From Mobula hypostoma (Eukaryota): 64,000 bases of DNA. Each line of letters begins with the position of its first letter. Positions within the stretch are counted from its first letter, which is position 1. Below are positions 50,564 through 63,180 of the stretch, piece by piece. A program made the position numbers and the translations under genes. The notes below the pieces were generated by a model, which had not been told where the DNA came from, ran no database searches, and was given only the letters and a program-made list of their open reading frames with translations. The stretch spans positions 98,520,001 to 98,584,000 of the forward strand of contig NC_086108.1 in the NCBI RefSeq assembly GCF_963921235.1, read 5' to 3'.

Positions 50564-50657
50564 GCTAAATTTTGTTTCTGCTGCTTGGACTGTCAGTCGA
50601 CCTTCCTTCTCTTCTTTTGAGCCAAAAGCCACCATATTTTTCTTCCATGTTGGAGAT
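50564..50657 (+). other. Candidate 94 nt exon
   Basis: Splice sites tatttccttcctttag| and GAT|gtgagt. One frame is open (LNFVSAAWTVSRPSFSSFEPKATIFFFHVGD). Confidence 0.2.
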
Positions 50658-51330
50658 GTGAGTCATGGGAAGCTCACTGAGGCTCCATCTCAAGAACATG
50701 CAGCTCTTCTCTGGTAACAGAGGAGCACAAGAAGATATTATATAAGAGCAATAACACAAGACCTAGGTTCCTCCAGCATTTTGTGTGTGTTACTATGGAT
50801 CACTTTATCTGCAGAACCTCTTGTGTTTATGAAGCATAAGAATCACTACTTAGTGCATGTTATGATCTTCATAATGGAACCTGTCCTTACCCTGTGTTTC
50901 TAAGGTTATTGCTCAGCAGGACCTGTCTCTGGATAAGGATCTGGATGAGAGGCTTTCTTCTTTATCCATTTGGCACTGAGACCATGTGAATTGCTTCCAG
51001 ATAGTGCCACACAGACTGGAGTAGGTTGAAAGCCTTCTGCCAACACTCCAGCAGATGCTTTGCTGCACTTCATGTAATCTCCTTGGTGCCTTTTGCTAAC
51101 TCATAAGATGACATCTTAATGGATCCTCAATCCTTCAATTTCCATCCATGAAAGGAAGATGCTTTTGATGCATAAACTCATTAATCTCCCTTAACAACCA
51201 TACAATGCTGCATCCATTGCTCAGACCAAGGTTAGGTCACAGTGCATTAATTATAATGTGTGTTTTTAATACTTGGTAACCAGTTAGACATTAAACCAAA
51301 ATTAGAATCAGGCTTATTATCATGAACATA

Positions 51331-51660
51331 CGTTCAGTAGTCACTTTATTACCTGATTGTTAATCCAAATATATAATCGGCCATTCACATGGCAGCAGTT
51401 CAATGCATAAAAGCATGCAGACGTGGTCAAAAGGTTCATTTGTTGTTCAGACCAATCATTAGAATGGGGAAGAAACGTGATCTAAGTGACTTTGACCATT
51501 GAATGATTGTTGGTGCCAGACAGGGTTTGACTACCTCAGAAACTGCTGACCTCCTGGGATTTTCACACATAACAGTCTCTAGAGTTTACAGAGAATGGAG
51601 TGAAAAACAGAAAAAAAACATCCAGTGAGCAGGAGTTCTGTGGGTGAAAATGCCTTGTTG
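51331..51660 (+). mobile_element. Tc1/mariner transposon relic, left part
   Basis: From ATG 51464: MGKKRDLSDFDH*MIVGARQGLTTSETADLLGFSHITVSRVYREW, a Tc1 paired-like HTH. Confidence 0.85.
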
Positions 51661-51802
51661 GTGAAAGCGGCCAGCGAGTGAGTGGGCCAGTGAAGGAGTG
51701 GAGCTTTGAGGCTTTGACTCAAGAGATTCTGGCAGTTTTGGCAGTTGGTCTGTGCAATCAAGTCAATCAAGATTTGAATAGATCAGCAGAAAGCCATTGA
51801 TT

Positions 51803-51903
51803 AGCCAATCAAGATCTGAATAGCTTAGACTCAGCAGAAAGCAGCTGATTGGGCAGTCGAGGTCAGGCGACCGAGCATTTTGAAAAGCTCAAACACATAA
51901 ATA
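51803..51903 (+). promoter_or_regulatory. Putative CCAAT/TATA promoter in the CR1 5' UTR
   Basis: AGCCAATC 51803-10, CTGATTGG 51845-52 and CATAAATA 51896-903, ~30 bp upstream of the second 56 bp repeat. Confidence 0.5.
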
Positions 51904-52031
51904 GAGGGATAGCTCAAGTGAAGCGGCCTGTGGAAAGCGACCAGTGAGTGAGTGGGCCAGTGAAGGAGTGGAGCTTTGAGGCTTCGACGAGAAGAGGCGG
52001 AGGACAAGCTTGCTCACAGTTAGTCTTTACA

Positions 52032-52972
52032 ATGCCTCCTGAGACGGTGATGTGCCTCTCATGTGAGATGTGGCAGTCTTGGGGGTACACCCCTCTCTTG
52101 CAGAGTCACATCTGCCAGAAGTGCATATGGCTGGGTGATCTGGAAGACCGCGTAAGGAATCTGGAGCAGCAGCTGGATGACCTTCGACTCGTAATGGAGA
52201 ATGAGGCAGTCATAGATGAGAGCTACAAGGAGGTAGTCACACCTAGGCAGTCGGAAACAGGTAGTTGGGTGACAGTCAGAGAGGGGAAAGTGAAGGTGAG
52301 CAGACAGGTAGTGCAGAGCACCCCTGTAGCCATTCCCCTGAATAATAAGTTTACCGTCCTGGATACTGTTGCGGGGACGACCGACCAGGTGTGAGCCACG
52401 GTGGCAGGGCCTCCGGAACTGAGTCTGACGCGGTGGTGCAGAAGGGTGGGACGGAGAAGAGGAGAGCTGTCGTCATTGGAGACTCTATAGTCAGGGGAGC
52501 AGACAGGAGAATTTGTGGACATGAGAAGGACACCCGCATGGTTTGTTGCCTGCCGGGTGCCAGGGTCCGGGATGTCTCTGACCAGGTGCACGACATCCTG
52601 GTACGAAAGGGAAAGCAACCAGAAGTCGTGATACATGTAGGGACCAACGACAAAGGCAGGAAGAGGGATGAGGTCCTGAAGTGTGAGTTTTGGGAACTAG
52701 GCAGAAGGCTGAAGAACAGGACCTCAAGGGTGGCGTTCTCAAGATTGCTGCCAGTGCTACGTGACCGTGATGGTAAGAATTGGAGGAGATGGCAGTTGAA
52801 TGCGTGGCTGAGGAGTTGGTGCAGGGAGCAGGGTTTTAGATATTCGGATCGTTGGGATCTCTTCTGGGGAAGGTGGGACCTGTGCAGATTGGATGGGTTG
52901 CACCTGAACTCTAGGGGGAGCAATATCCTTGCAGGTAGGTTTGCTAGCATGGTTCGGGAGGGTTTAAACTAA
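52032..52972 (+). pseudogene. CR1 ORF1: zinc finger, leucine zipper and SGNH esterase; frameshift ~52390
   Basis: Motifs CLSCEMW..HICQKC, LEDRVRNLEQQLDDL, VIGDSIVRG, CLPGARV, IHVGTND and DGLHLN. Confidence 0.92.
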
Positions 52973-55888
52973 TTTGCAAGGGGGATGGGATCCGGAGCGA
53001 TAGAGCAGTGAAAGAAGTGCATGGAATAAAGCCAGATCTAACATATAGAGAGGCTTTGAGGGAAGAGAAGCAGAATAAAGGGTGTAAAGACAGTAAGGTA
53101 GAAGGGCTGAAGTGTGTATACCTCAATGCAAGAAGCATCAGGAACAAAGGTGATGAACTGAGAGCTTGGATACATACATGGAATTATGATGTAGTGGCCA
53201 TTACAGAGACTTGGCTGGCACCAGGGCAGGAATGGATTCTCAATATTCCTGGATCTCAGTGCTTTAAAAGGGATAGACAGGGCGGAAAAAGGGGAGGAGG
53301 GGTGGCATTACTGGTCAAGGATAATATTACAGCTACAGAAAGGATGGGTAATGTAGCAGGATCCTCTTTTGAGTCAGTATGGGTGGAAGTCAGGAACAGG
53401 AAGGGAGCAGTTACTCTGTTGGGGGTATTCTATAGGCCCCCTAGTAGCAGCAGAGATACAGAGGAGCAGATTGGGAGGCAGATTTTGGAAAGGTGCAAAA
53501 ATAACAGGATTATTATCATGGGTGACTTTAACTTCCCTAATATTGATTGGCACCTGATTAGTTCCAAGGGTTTAGATGGGGCAGAGTTTAAGGGTGTCCA
53601 GGACGGATTCCTGTCACAGTATGTGGACAGGCCGACAAGGGGAATGCCATACTAGATCTAGTACTAGGTAATGAACCGGGTGAGGTCACAGATCTTTCAG
53701 TGGGTGAGCATCTGGGGGACAGTGACCACCGCTCCCTGGCCTTCAGCATTATTATGGAAAAGGATAGAATCAGAGAGGACAGGAAAATTTTTAATTGGGG
53801 AAGGGCAAATTATGAGGCTATAAGGCTAGAACTTGCAGGTGTGAATTGGGATGATGTTTTTGCAAGGAAATGTACTATGGACATGTGGTCGATGTTTAGA
53901 GATCTCTTGCAGGATGTCAGGGATAAATTTGTCCCGGTGAAAGATGAAAAATGGCAGGGTGAAGGAACCATGGGTGACAAGTGAGGTGGAAAATCTAGTC
54001 AGGTGGACAAAGGCAGCATACATGAGGTTTAGGAAGCAAGGATCAGATGGGTCTATTGAGGAATATAAGGAAGCAAGAAAGGAGCTTAAGAAGGGGCTGA
54101 GAAGAGCAAGAAGGGGGCATGAGAAGGCCTTGGCGAGTAGGGTAAAGGAAAACCCCAAGGCATTCTTCAATTATGTGAAGAAAAAAAGGATGACAGAAGT
54201 GAAGGTAGAACCGATTAGAGATAAAGGTGGGAAGATGTGCCTGGAGGCTGTGGAAGTGAGCGAGGTCCTCAATGAATACTTCTCCTTGGTATTCACCAAT
54301 GAGAGGGAACTTGATGGTGAGGACAATATGAGTGAGGTTGATGTTCCGGAGCATGTTGATATTAAGGGAGAGGAGGTGTTGGAGTTGTTAAAATACACCA
54401 GGACGGATAAGTCCCCGGGGCCTGACGGAATATTCCCCAGGCTGCTTCACGCGGTGAGGGAAGAGATTGCTGAGCCTCTGGCTAGGATCTTTATGTCCTT
54501 GTTGTCCATGGGAATGGTACTGGAGGATTGGAGGGAGGCAAATGTTGTCCTCTTGTTCAAAAAAGTAGTAGGGATAGTCCGGGTAATTATAGACCAGTGA
54601 GCCTTATGTCTGTGGTGGGAAAGCTGTTGGAAAAGATTCTTAGAGATCGGATCTATGGGCATTTAAAGAATCATGGTCTGATCAGGGACAGTCAGCATGG
54701 CTTTGTGAAGGGCAGATCGTGTCTAACAAGTCTGATAGAGTTCTTTGAGAAGGTGACCAGGCATATAGATGAGGGTAGTGCAGTGGATGTGATCTATACG
54801 GATTTTAGTAAGGCATTTGACAAGGTTCCACACGGTAGACTTATTCAAAAAGTCATAAGGCATGGGATCCAGGGAAGTTTGGCCAGGTGGATTCAGAATT
54901 GGCTTGCCTGCAGAAGGCAGAGGGTCATGGTGGAGGGAGTGCATTCAGATTGGAGGATTGTGACTAGTGGTGTCCCACAAGGATCTGTTCTGGGACCTCT
55001 ACTTTTTGTGATTTTTATTAATGACCTGGATGTGGGGATAGAAGGGTGGGTTGGCAAGTTTGCAGACGACACAAAGGTTGGTGGTGTTGTAGATAGTTAA
55101 GAGGATTGTCAAAGATTGCAGACAGACATTGATAGGATGCAGAAGTGGGCTGAGAAGTGGCAGATGGAGTTCAACCCGGAGAAGTCTGAGGTGGTACACT
55201 TTGGAAGGACGAACTCCAAGGCAGAGTACAAAGTAAATGGCAGGATACTTGGTAGTGTGAAGGAGCAGAGGGATCTCGGGGTACATGTCCACAGATCCCT
55301 GAAAGTTGCCTCACAGGTGGAAGGGTAGTTAAGTAATCTTATGGGGTGTTAGCTTTCATAAGTCGAGGGATAGAGTTTAAGAGTTGCGATGTAATGATGC
55401 AGCTCTATAAAACTCTGGTTAGGCCACATTTGGAGTACTGTGTCCAGTTCTGGTCACCGCACCAAAGGAAGGATGTGGAAGCATTGAAAAGGGTACAGAG
55501 GAGATTTACCAGGATGCTGCCTGGTTTAGAGAGTATGCATTATGATCAGAGATTATGGGAGCTAGGGCTTTACTCTTTGGAGAGAAGGAGGATGAGAGGA
55601 GACAGGATAGAGGTGCACAAGATAATAAGAGGAATAGATAGAGTGGATAGCCAGCACCTCTTCCCCAGGGCACCACTGCTCAATATAAGAGGACATGTCT
55701 TTAAGTTAAGGGGTGGGAAGTTCAAGGGGGATATTAGAGGAAGGTTTCTCACTCAGAAAGTGGTTCGTGCGTGGAATGCACTGCCTGAGTCAGTGGTGGA
55801 GGCAGATACACTAGTGACGTTTAAGAGACTACTAGACAAGTATATGGAGGAATTTAAGGTGGGGGCTTATATGGGAGGCAGGGTTTGA
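52973..55888 (+). pseudogene. CR1 ORF2: AP endonuclease and reverse transcriptase, several frameshifts and stops
   Basis: [87 protein letters not shown]. Confidence 0.95.
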
Positions 55889-55940
55889 GGGTCGGCACAA
55901 CATTGTGGGCCGAAGGGCCTGTACTGTGCTGTGATGTTCT

Positions 55941-56103
55941 ATGAAAGAGGCCAGAAGATTGGTTCAAGCTGATAGGAAGGTGGCAGTAAATCAAATAACC
56001 ACAAGTTACAATCTCTGAATGCACAACCATCAAAACTTGAAGTGCATGGGCTACAACAGCAGAAGATCACAAACATACACATAGTGTCCACTTTATTAGA
56101 TAC
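55941..56103 (+). mobile_element. Tc1/mariner relic, right part
   Basis: Reads ERGQ..LVQADRKVAVNQITTSYN..LKCMGYNSRR. Ends in a direct copy of the left-terminal motif (cactttatta). Confidence 0.8.
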
Positions 56104-56267
56104 TTATTATGTGTAGATTATATTGATTATATTGCTTAATCTGATCCTGTGCAGTTGCCCCATACCAGACGGTGATGCAACCAGTTGGAATGCTCTCCAT
56201 GGTGCATCTGTAGAAATTTGATAGAGTCTTTGGTGACATACCAAATCTACCCACACTCCTATTGAAA

Positions 56268-57185
56268 TAGTCATAGTCATAGTCATACTTTATTGATCCC
56301 GGGGGAAATTGGTTTTCATTGCAGTTGCACCATAAATAATAAATAGTAATAGAACAATAAATAGTTAAATAATAATATGTAAATTATGCCAGTAAATTAT
56401 GAATTAAGTCCAGGACCAGCCTATTGGCTCAGGGTGTCTGACTCTCCAAGGGAGGAGTTGTAAAGTTTGATGGCCACAGGCAGGAATGATTTCCTATGAC
56501 GCTCTGTGTTGCATCTCGGTGGAATGAGTCTCTGGCTGAATGTACTCCTGTGCCCAACCAGTACATTATGTAGTGGATGGGAGACATTGACCAAGATGGC
56601 ATGCAACTTGGACAGCATCCTCTTTTCAGACATCACCGTCAGAGGGTCCAGTTCCATCCCCACAACATCACTGGCCTTACGAATGAGTTTGTTGAATCTG
56701 TTGGTGTCTGCTACCCTCAGCCTGCTGCCCCAGCACACAACAGCAAACATGATAGCACTGGCCACCACAGACTCGTAGAACATCCTCAGCATCGTCCTGC
56801 ATTTGTTAAAGGACCTCAGTCTCCTCAGGAAATAGAGATGGCTCTGACCTTTCTTGTAGACAGCCTCAGTGTTCTTTGACCAGTCCAGTTTATTGTCAAT
56901 TCGTATCCCCAGGTATTTGTAATCCTTCACCATGTCCACACTGACCCCCTGGATGGAAACAGGGGTCACCGGTGCCTTAGCTCTCCTCAGGTCTACCACC
57001 AGCTCCTTAGTCTTTTTCACATTAAGCTGCAGATAATTCTGCTCACACCATGTGACAAAGTTTCCTACCGTAGCCCTGTACTCAGCCTCATCTCCCTTGC
57101 TGATGCATCCAACTATGGCAGAGTCATCTGAAAACTTCTGAAGATGACAAGACTCTGTGCAGTAGTTGAAGTCCGAGGTGTAAAT
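56268..57185 (-). mobile_element. Young Rex/Babar-like LINE 3' fragment with (ATGACT)n tail, nested in an older Rex fragment
   Basis: Uninterrupted ORF YTSDF..KFSDDSAIVGCI..WCEQNYLQLNVKKTKELVVD..YKYLG..LYFLRRLRSF..SFLPVAIKLYN. The host pieces lie at ~56140-56267 and ~57185-57280. Confidence 0.9.
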
Positions 57186-57559
57186 ATAGCTGCCAGCGTG
57201 TCCTCTTTGGAATTGTACTAATATGTTGGGCCCAGGATAGGTCCTCAGAGATGCTGGCACCCAGGAACTTGATACTGCTCATGATATTTCTCATCTGGTA
57301 TGGAAGTAACTGAGGAATTCCAAATAAAGGGAAATAATTCCAAGTCGTTTTTCTTTAAGCAGCCACAATAGGAGACTTGTTTATAATAGGTCCCTCCCCG
57401 ATATATTTCTTGAACCTGTTGTTGTTTGTCAAGGTGTTGCTGTGCCTTGGTACAAATCAGTATGTCAGACAGCCAATACCATCACTGGCATCTTATACAG
57501 GGAGAAGTCAACTGATTTCATTTGTAAAAAAAAACAGGGACGTGCATAAGAAAGGAGCA

Positions 57560-58140
57560 TATTCAAGATTTAAGATTCAAAACTGTTTAATGTAATTTCC
57601 GGTACACAAGTGTAAAGGAGAACAAAATATTTGTTACTCTGGATCTGATGCCACACGAAAAAACTCAAAACCACAATAACTGTAAACACATAAGATAGCT
57701 TCTATACGTAGATTGATTCATAAAGTGAAGCTCGTGTCTGTACATACGGTGATTCCGACAGGAAATGATTATGAAGTGGCGCTGGTAGAGGGTGTGATGG
57801 GGTGGGGTAGTGGCTGGAGCTGTTGATTGGCCTTGCTGATTGGGAAAAGAAACTGTTTTTGGGTCTGGTGATTCTGGTGTGGATGCTGCGTAGCCTCCTC
57901 CGTGTTGGGGAGCGGGACGAACAGCGCATGAGCAGGGTGGGTGGGATCCTTCATGATGTTACTGGGCTCCTTCCAGCACCTTTCTGTATATCCTCTGTGT
58001 CCTTGATGGCAGGTAGCTGGTGCTATTGATGTGTTGGACAGTTTTGACCACTCATTGTAGGGGCTGTCTGTCCACAATTTCCACACCATGCAATGACGTA
58101 GCTTGTTAGGATGCTCTCTACTACACATCTGTAGAAGGAT
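57560..58140 (-). mobile_element. Rex1/Babar 3' fragment
   Basis: Reads IMKDPTHPAHALFVPLP..RRLRSIHTRITRPKNSFF, with a (TCTTGAA)-like tail. Confidence 0.75.
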
Positions 58141-58378
58141 GCGAGCCTTTGATACCTTTACTAAGCAAGAACTTATCAGCCTCTTCTTTAAATATACCCA
58201 AAGACTTGGTCTCCACAGCCATCCATGACAACAAATTCCACAGATTCACCTTCTGCTGGCTAAAGAAGTTACTCCTCATCTCTGGTCTAAGGGACATCCT
58301 TCTACTCTGAGATAGTACCTCTGGTCCGAGACACCTCCACTAGAGGAAACATCCTCTCCATGTCCACTCTATCTAGGC

Positions 58379-58450
58379 CAGGGATTCCCAGCCATGATGC
58401 ACCCGAACTGTTAACTGAAGTGTCCGTGGACCCCAGATTGGGTACACCTG
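58379..58450. mobile_element. 72 bp hAT-Charlie-like MITE inside a CR1 3' end
   Basis: CAGGGATTCCCAGC...GATTGGGTACACCTG. Degenerate 8 bp TSD atctaggc/atctggat, near the NTCTAGAN Charlie preference. A relative lies at ~46007-46073. Confidence 0.6.
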
Positions 58451-59789
58451 ATCTGGATCTTTCAATATTAAGTAGGTTTCAATAAGATCCCCTAACTAGT
58501 AGAAATAGTGAGAGGCAGTACAATTCGAAATTGAAAGCTCAAACAAATAACTGGGCAGTGTAACTGAATATCAGTTCTACAGCAGATCATTCTATCAGAT
58601 ATTCAGGCAGGAAATTTGGGTGTTTACCTCCGGCAGAAAGTACATCTAATCTCAGGACGTACAGTACTTGGGCGAAGTACTGGGACTTGTACAACACACT
58701 GAGTATTATAACAGACAACAAAAAGAATGGCAAAAGTCGGAGCTGGCTGAAAAAGCAACTGATGCTTTTAGACTTGGTACAGTGACAAATCTATTCCTGG
58801 AGTGGATTATCATAGCGGCGGGTCGGTAAACATCCAGGGAAAATGCATTCGCGGTCCAATTCGTGCTTTTCTCTACGTGCAACTTTCTCTATTTGTGTCA
58901 TTGTTCATTACAACAGAATCACATCATCTTTTAAAGGGATCTTTCTCAACGACTAAAACTTACAATGCGCATAAGATCACGCACAGCTAAAATACAGCCA
59001 AATAAACAGCAGTATTACAAAAAGCTACACAACAAACATTTCCACTAAAAAGGATAAGTTTTTTCTGCAGAGAATGGTGAGTGCATGGAATGGGCTGCTG
59101 GCGACGGTGGTGGAGGCGGATATGATAGGGTCTTTTAAGAGACTCCTGGACAGGTATATAGAGCTTAGAAAAATAGAGGGCTATGGTAATTTCTCAGGTA
59201 AGGACATGTTCAGCACAGCTTTGTGGGCCAAAGGGCCTGTATTGTGCTGTAGGTTTTCTATGTTTCTATATTCAAATTCAATCCTGCTTCACAGTTGCAC
59301 AACACACTGACTGACTGGAATGGCATCACGGTCTGGTAATGGAAATACCAATGCCCATAATTGGAAAAGTCTACAAGAAGTGGTGGATACAGCCCAGTCC
59401 ATCACAGGCAAAGCCCCCCCCCCCACCACTGAGCACATTACACAAAAAAGAACATAAGAAAACACCATCCATCACCAAGGGGCCCCACCATTCAAGCCAC
59501 GTACTCTTCTCCTTACTATCATTGTGCAGAAGGCACAGGAGCCTGAGGTCTCACACCACCAGATTCAGGCACAGCTTTTTATTCATTATATTTTAAAGGT
59601 TTTTTAAAAAAATTTAGCGATACAGCATGGAATAGGCCATGCTCCCCTACAACTCCAAAGCTCCAAACTCCTACAACCATCAGCATGGATAACTTCACTC
59701 ACCTCAACCCTAAATTAATTCCACAACCTACAGACTCACGTTCAAGGACTCTACAATTCATGTTCTCAGTATTATTTATTTATTTTTAT

Positions 59790-59920
59790 TTTGTGCCCTT
59801 GAGCAAGGCATTTAATTACACATTGCTCTAGTCTGTGCGAGGAGTGGCGCCCCACACAGGCTTCCAATCTGCGCCTTTTAAGGCGTGAAAATGCCCGACG
59901 CAGGCCTCTCATGGTCAGCG
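59790..59920 (+). mobile_element. 5'-truncated CORE-like SINE with a different tail from 44824
   Basis: Shares TTGTG.CCTTGAGCAAGGCA.TTAA.ACACATTGCTCT with 44906-44944, then diverges. Confidence 0.65.
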
Positions 59921-61009
59921 TCAATGTTCCCCTCCCTTTTATTTTCACAATTTGCCTTCTTTTGCACACTAGTTGCTTGTTGGTCTTTGACAATAAATTG
60001 ATAGTTCAACTTATCCTCTGGTGTTGGGATTATACGCTCCCCCCATGACACATAGACTTCCCCTTGGTACCCCAGTCTCCATCCACATCCAGGAGGCTGC
60101 TGGTTGGCAAGGTAATTGGCTGCTGAAAACTTTTCCTGGTGTAGGTGGTGGAAGGAGAGTAGAGGGGTGGGGTGGAGGGTGGAGAGCCAAGAGTGAAAGG
60201 GTGGGGTATAGTTAATGACCACATGAAGGAGAGCAGGTTACAGAGCAATGGGATCACTGAGGACCAACATTGGCTTGATGAGCAGATTGGCCTCAGTTAG
60301 GGAATTGAGCAGCTCCGGGAATGGAAATGGGTGTCAATCAAACAGACAAAAAGAAGCAGGCAAGTGTTTCAGAGGCAGCTGAAGGCATTTTCCCCTTCAT
60401 CTGGTCCTCAGTTTGGAGGGGGAAAGTTTTTCCTCTGGGGAGTGCTGCCAGAAACAAGACCATTGACAACTCAACTGATGTAGACAGGCAGAGAAATATT
60501 AAGAACGCCACAGTTAGGGGAATTTCATAGTAAGGGGAGTGGATAAGTGTTTCAGTGATTGCGAAAATTATTTTGGGATCGTGTCCCTGGTGCCAGGGGC
60601 AGGGTATCATTGAGTGGCTACAGAGAACTCCTACCACCAGTTATACCAAGGTCATGGTCCATGGTGGCACCAAAGACAGAGCAGAAAATGGGGTTCTCCA
60701 GGCAGATCAGAGTTAGAAAAGAGAAGAAGAAGCAGGACCTTGAGATAATCATCTTCAGGTTACTCCTGTCCAGGAGTCTCTTAAAAGACCCTATCGTATC
60801 CACCTCCACCACCGTCGCCGGCAGCCCATGCGGGTTACAGCACCAGTGAGAAGAGTCACAGAGTCATAGAATTATAGTGCTGACCCAATTGCCTAACTGA
60901 GCTGGCCTCATTTATCTATATGCCTCAGGCCTTTCATATCTATTTACCTATCTGAGTGCCTTTTATATGGCATTATTTGTACCTGGGGTGAATGGACAAT
61001 CTCTTCTCC

Positions 61010-61920
61010 AAGGATTGTCACCTTGTTCTGGTGGAGAGGCTTGTGAGTTCCTGGGATCCCGAGAGTGAAGCCATGAAGAGTTTGGGTCCGGGTAGGGACA
61101 CCCATGGTGGTAAGGTCAAGGGGGAAGTTTCAGACAAAGAGTGACCAAGACCTCAAGGGTGGAGATGATGTCACATCACATCACAGGTGGAGGAAGCTGC
61201 AGAAGTGAAGGGTCCCCAGTTGTCTTGCGTTCCATGCGAAGGACCCTGGCTCTGATCTGTCAAGGACCATGTGGTGACTGCCTGTGCATCAGCCTCCCCA
61301 CGTTAAATAAACTCACAGCATGCACTCTCCATGAAAGGGAATAACCCCTTGGGAGAACATCACACTCAACTCGAGGGATCGCACTACTAGCAGCTGTGGT
61401 GAAGGGGCTTGTCTTGTCGATTCCGGATCAGCTCGCTCACCTTTGGTCCCCGCCTGACACTCGGCTCTCACCTGGGGCTCCAGGTAGCCATTTGCATGCG
61501 ACAGCAGCCACAGCCTGGTACCCCACTTCAACGGGTGGGCTAAACCAGGTGAGGTGGCCGGGGGCCTCGTACACTGGTGAGATAGGGACATGCCTGTCCT
61601 AGTGTGCAAAGTCAGCTTCAGCAAGCTGGGTGGATGAGATCAACAGTGAGGTCCAACAGCCAGGAAGGCAGCTCTGCAATGCTATGTGGAGAGCGAAGGG
61701 CATGACAAGGCACAGAAGAAGACATGAACATCCACTCCACATGGAAGACCCCCAGCCTTGATGACTACTTGTATCTCTGGAGTCAGACTTCCAAGGTCCT
61801 TGCCCCAATGCAATGGCTTTTCCATTTTAAACTCTCCTGCACAGGTTTCTTTGTGCAGTTGACATCATCTTGAAGAATTGCACAAACCAAACTGACGTCC
61901 TCAGATGACAACCAATCAAT
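61010..61920 (+). mobile_element. RTE-type non-autonomous element (5' UTR-like)
   Basis: Start caccttgttctggtggagaggcttgtg..ggtagggacacccatggtggtaaggtc resembles RTE/Rex3 5' ends. Its 3' third matches ~50215-50530. Confidence 0.5.
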
Positions 61921-62289
61921 TGTACCTACCTCTACCACAGGAGGGCTGACTAGATTCTGGGGTGTGGAGGGGGGAAGCTCTACAACTAGATCAGGAAGAT
62001 ACTTGATGCGACTAAGGTTCTCTCCACAGATGCTGATTGACCTGGTGTGTCTTCTAACGCTTTCTGTTTCGATTGCAGATCTCCAGCACCTGCAGGTTTT
62101 CAGTTTTAATTTTCATTGAGATGTTTATTATTACTGCGGGGGTGGGAGGTTCAAATTAATTTAGTAGGAAACGAGGGGCCTGACATCAGCAATGAAACAG
62201 AAAGGAAAGAGTATAAGAGGATGGGGGTGAGATAAATAGCAATAAAAGAAGAAATAGAATTTTTTTTGGCCAGTATGTTGCATCCTTGG

Positions 62290-62650
62290 GTGGTGGGGTA
62301 GAAATACATCTCTACCAAAGGAGGTGTAAGGCACTCCTTCCCTCCACTAGCCTGCAAGTCACCCTTGGATAAGGTGTAGGACCTGTTTAGCCCCCCTGAT
62401 CAGAGTCACGTGAAACCATGGGAGCAGGTGGTGGATGGTCATATGAGCAGCTGGTGTGTATCACAAGTACTGGTCTTGCGACCACTGATGCCAGACAGAC
62501 AATCTCTGAAGGGTACTGACAATGGCTGGGGTCACCTGTCACTCTGCTCAGAAGAAGTCAATGGCAAACCATTTCTGTAAAAAAATTTTACAAGAATAAT
62601 CATGGTCATGGATAGAAAAAAGACCACGATCGCTCATATCATATGACAAT
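62290..62650 (+). mobile_element. SINE-like element with an RTE/Bov-A-like 3' end
   Basis: Tail gaagaag.caatggcaaacca.ttctgta. An inverted relative lies at 63350-63728. Confidence 0.65.
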
Positions 62651-63005
62651 AATCTACTTGTTTGGAATTTTAAAAAAGAGGAGCAATTCCATCACTGGCA
62701 TATAGGCATTCTATAGGCATCGAATAAACAGGGAAGTCATTGAGGGGTAATTCACAGGGATATGGCAAAGATGTGAGGAAGCCATGGAGTAGTGATTATG
62801 GGGTGGTCCAACCATCCAAGCATAGGCATGTACAGTATAGGGATAACATACAGAGCAATAATGGAGAGGAGTTTCTGAAATATGCTCAGGAGAATTTCTT
62901 GACCTGTCTCCACAAGGACTTGATGGATTTGGTTCTGGATAACGTACCAGGTCAAGTGGAGCCAATGACAGTAAGGGGGTCAGTAATCATAATATCATGG
63001 GATTT

Positions 63006-63180
63006 TGAAACAAGAGAAAATCTGCAGATGCTGGAAATCTGCGCAAAACACTTAACATGCTGGAGGAACTCAGCAGGCCAGGCAGCATCCATGGAAAAAA
63101 GCACAGTCGACGTTTTGGCTAGAAACATCAACTGTGCTTTTTTTCCATAGATGTTGCCTGGTCTGTTGAGTTCCTCCAGG
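63006..63180. mobile_element. PLE-derived fold-back mini-element
   Basis: Perfect 12 bp TSD ATCATGGGATTT (62994-63005 and 63181-63192). Inverted arms ~63058-63115 and ~63122-63180, tail on the left. Confidence 0.88.

Larger units (their letters stand above)
51661..55940 (+). mobile_element. Near full-length CR1 LINE inserted in the Tc1 relic
   Basis: Has a 5' UTR, ORF1, ORF2 and 3' tail ...GGGCCGAAGGGCCTGTACTGTGCTGTGATGTTCT. The Tc1 frame resumes after it. Junctions read gtgaaag / atgaaag. Confidence 0.95.

Noticed and set aside
52391..52972. Host SGNH/GDSL lipase gene
   Set aside because: It is the esterase domain of CR1 ORF1, a known feature, directly upstream of ORF2.
57360..57595. Two overlapping open frames in unique sequence
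   Set aside because: No donor and no homology; the length is within chance expectation.
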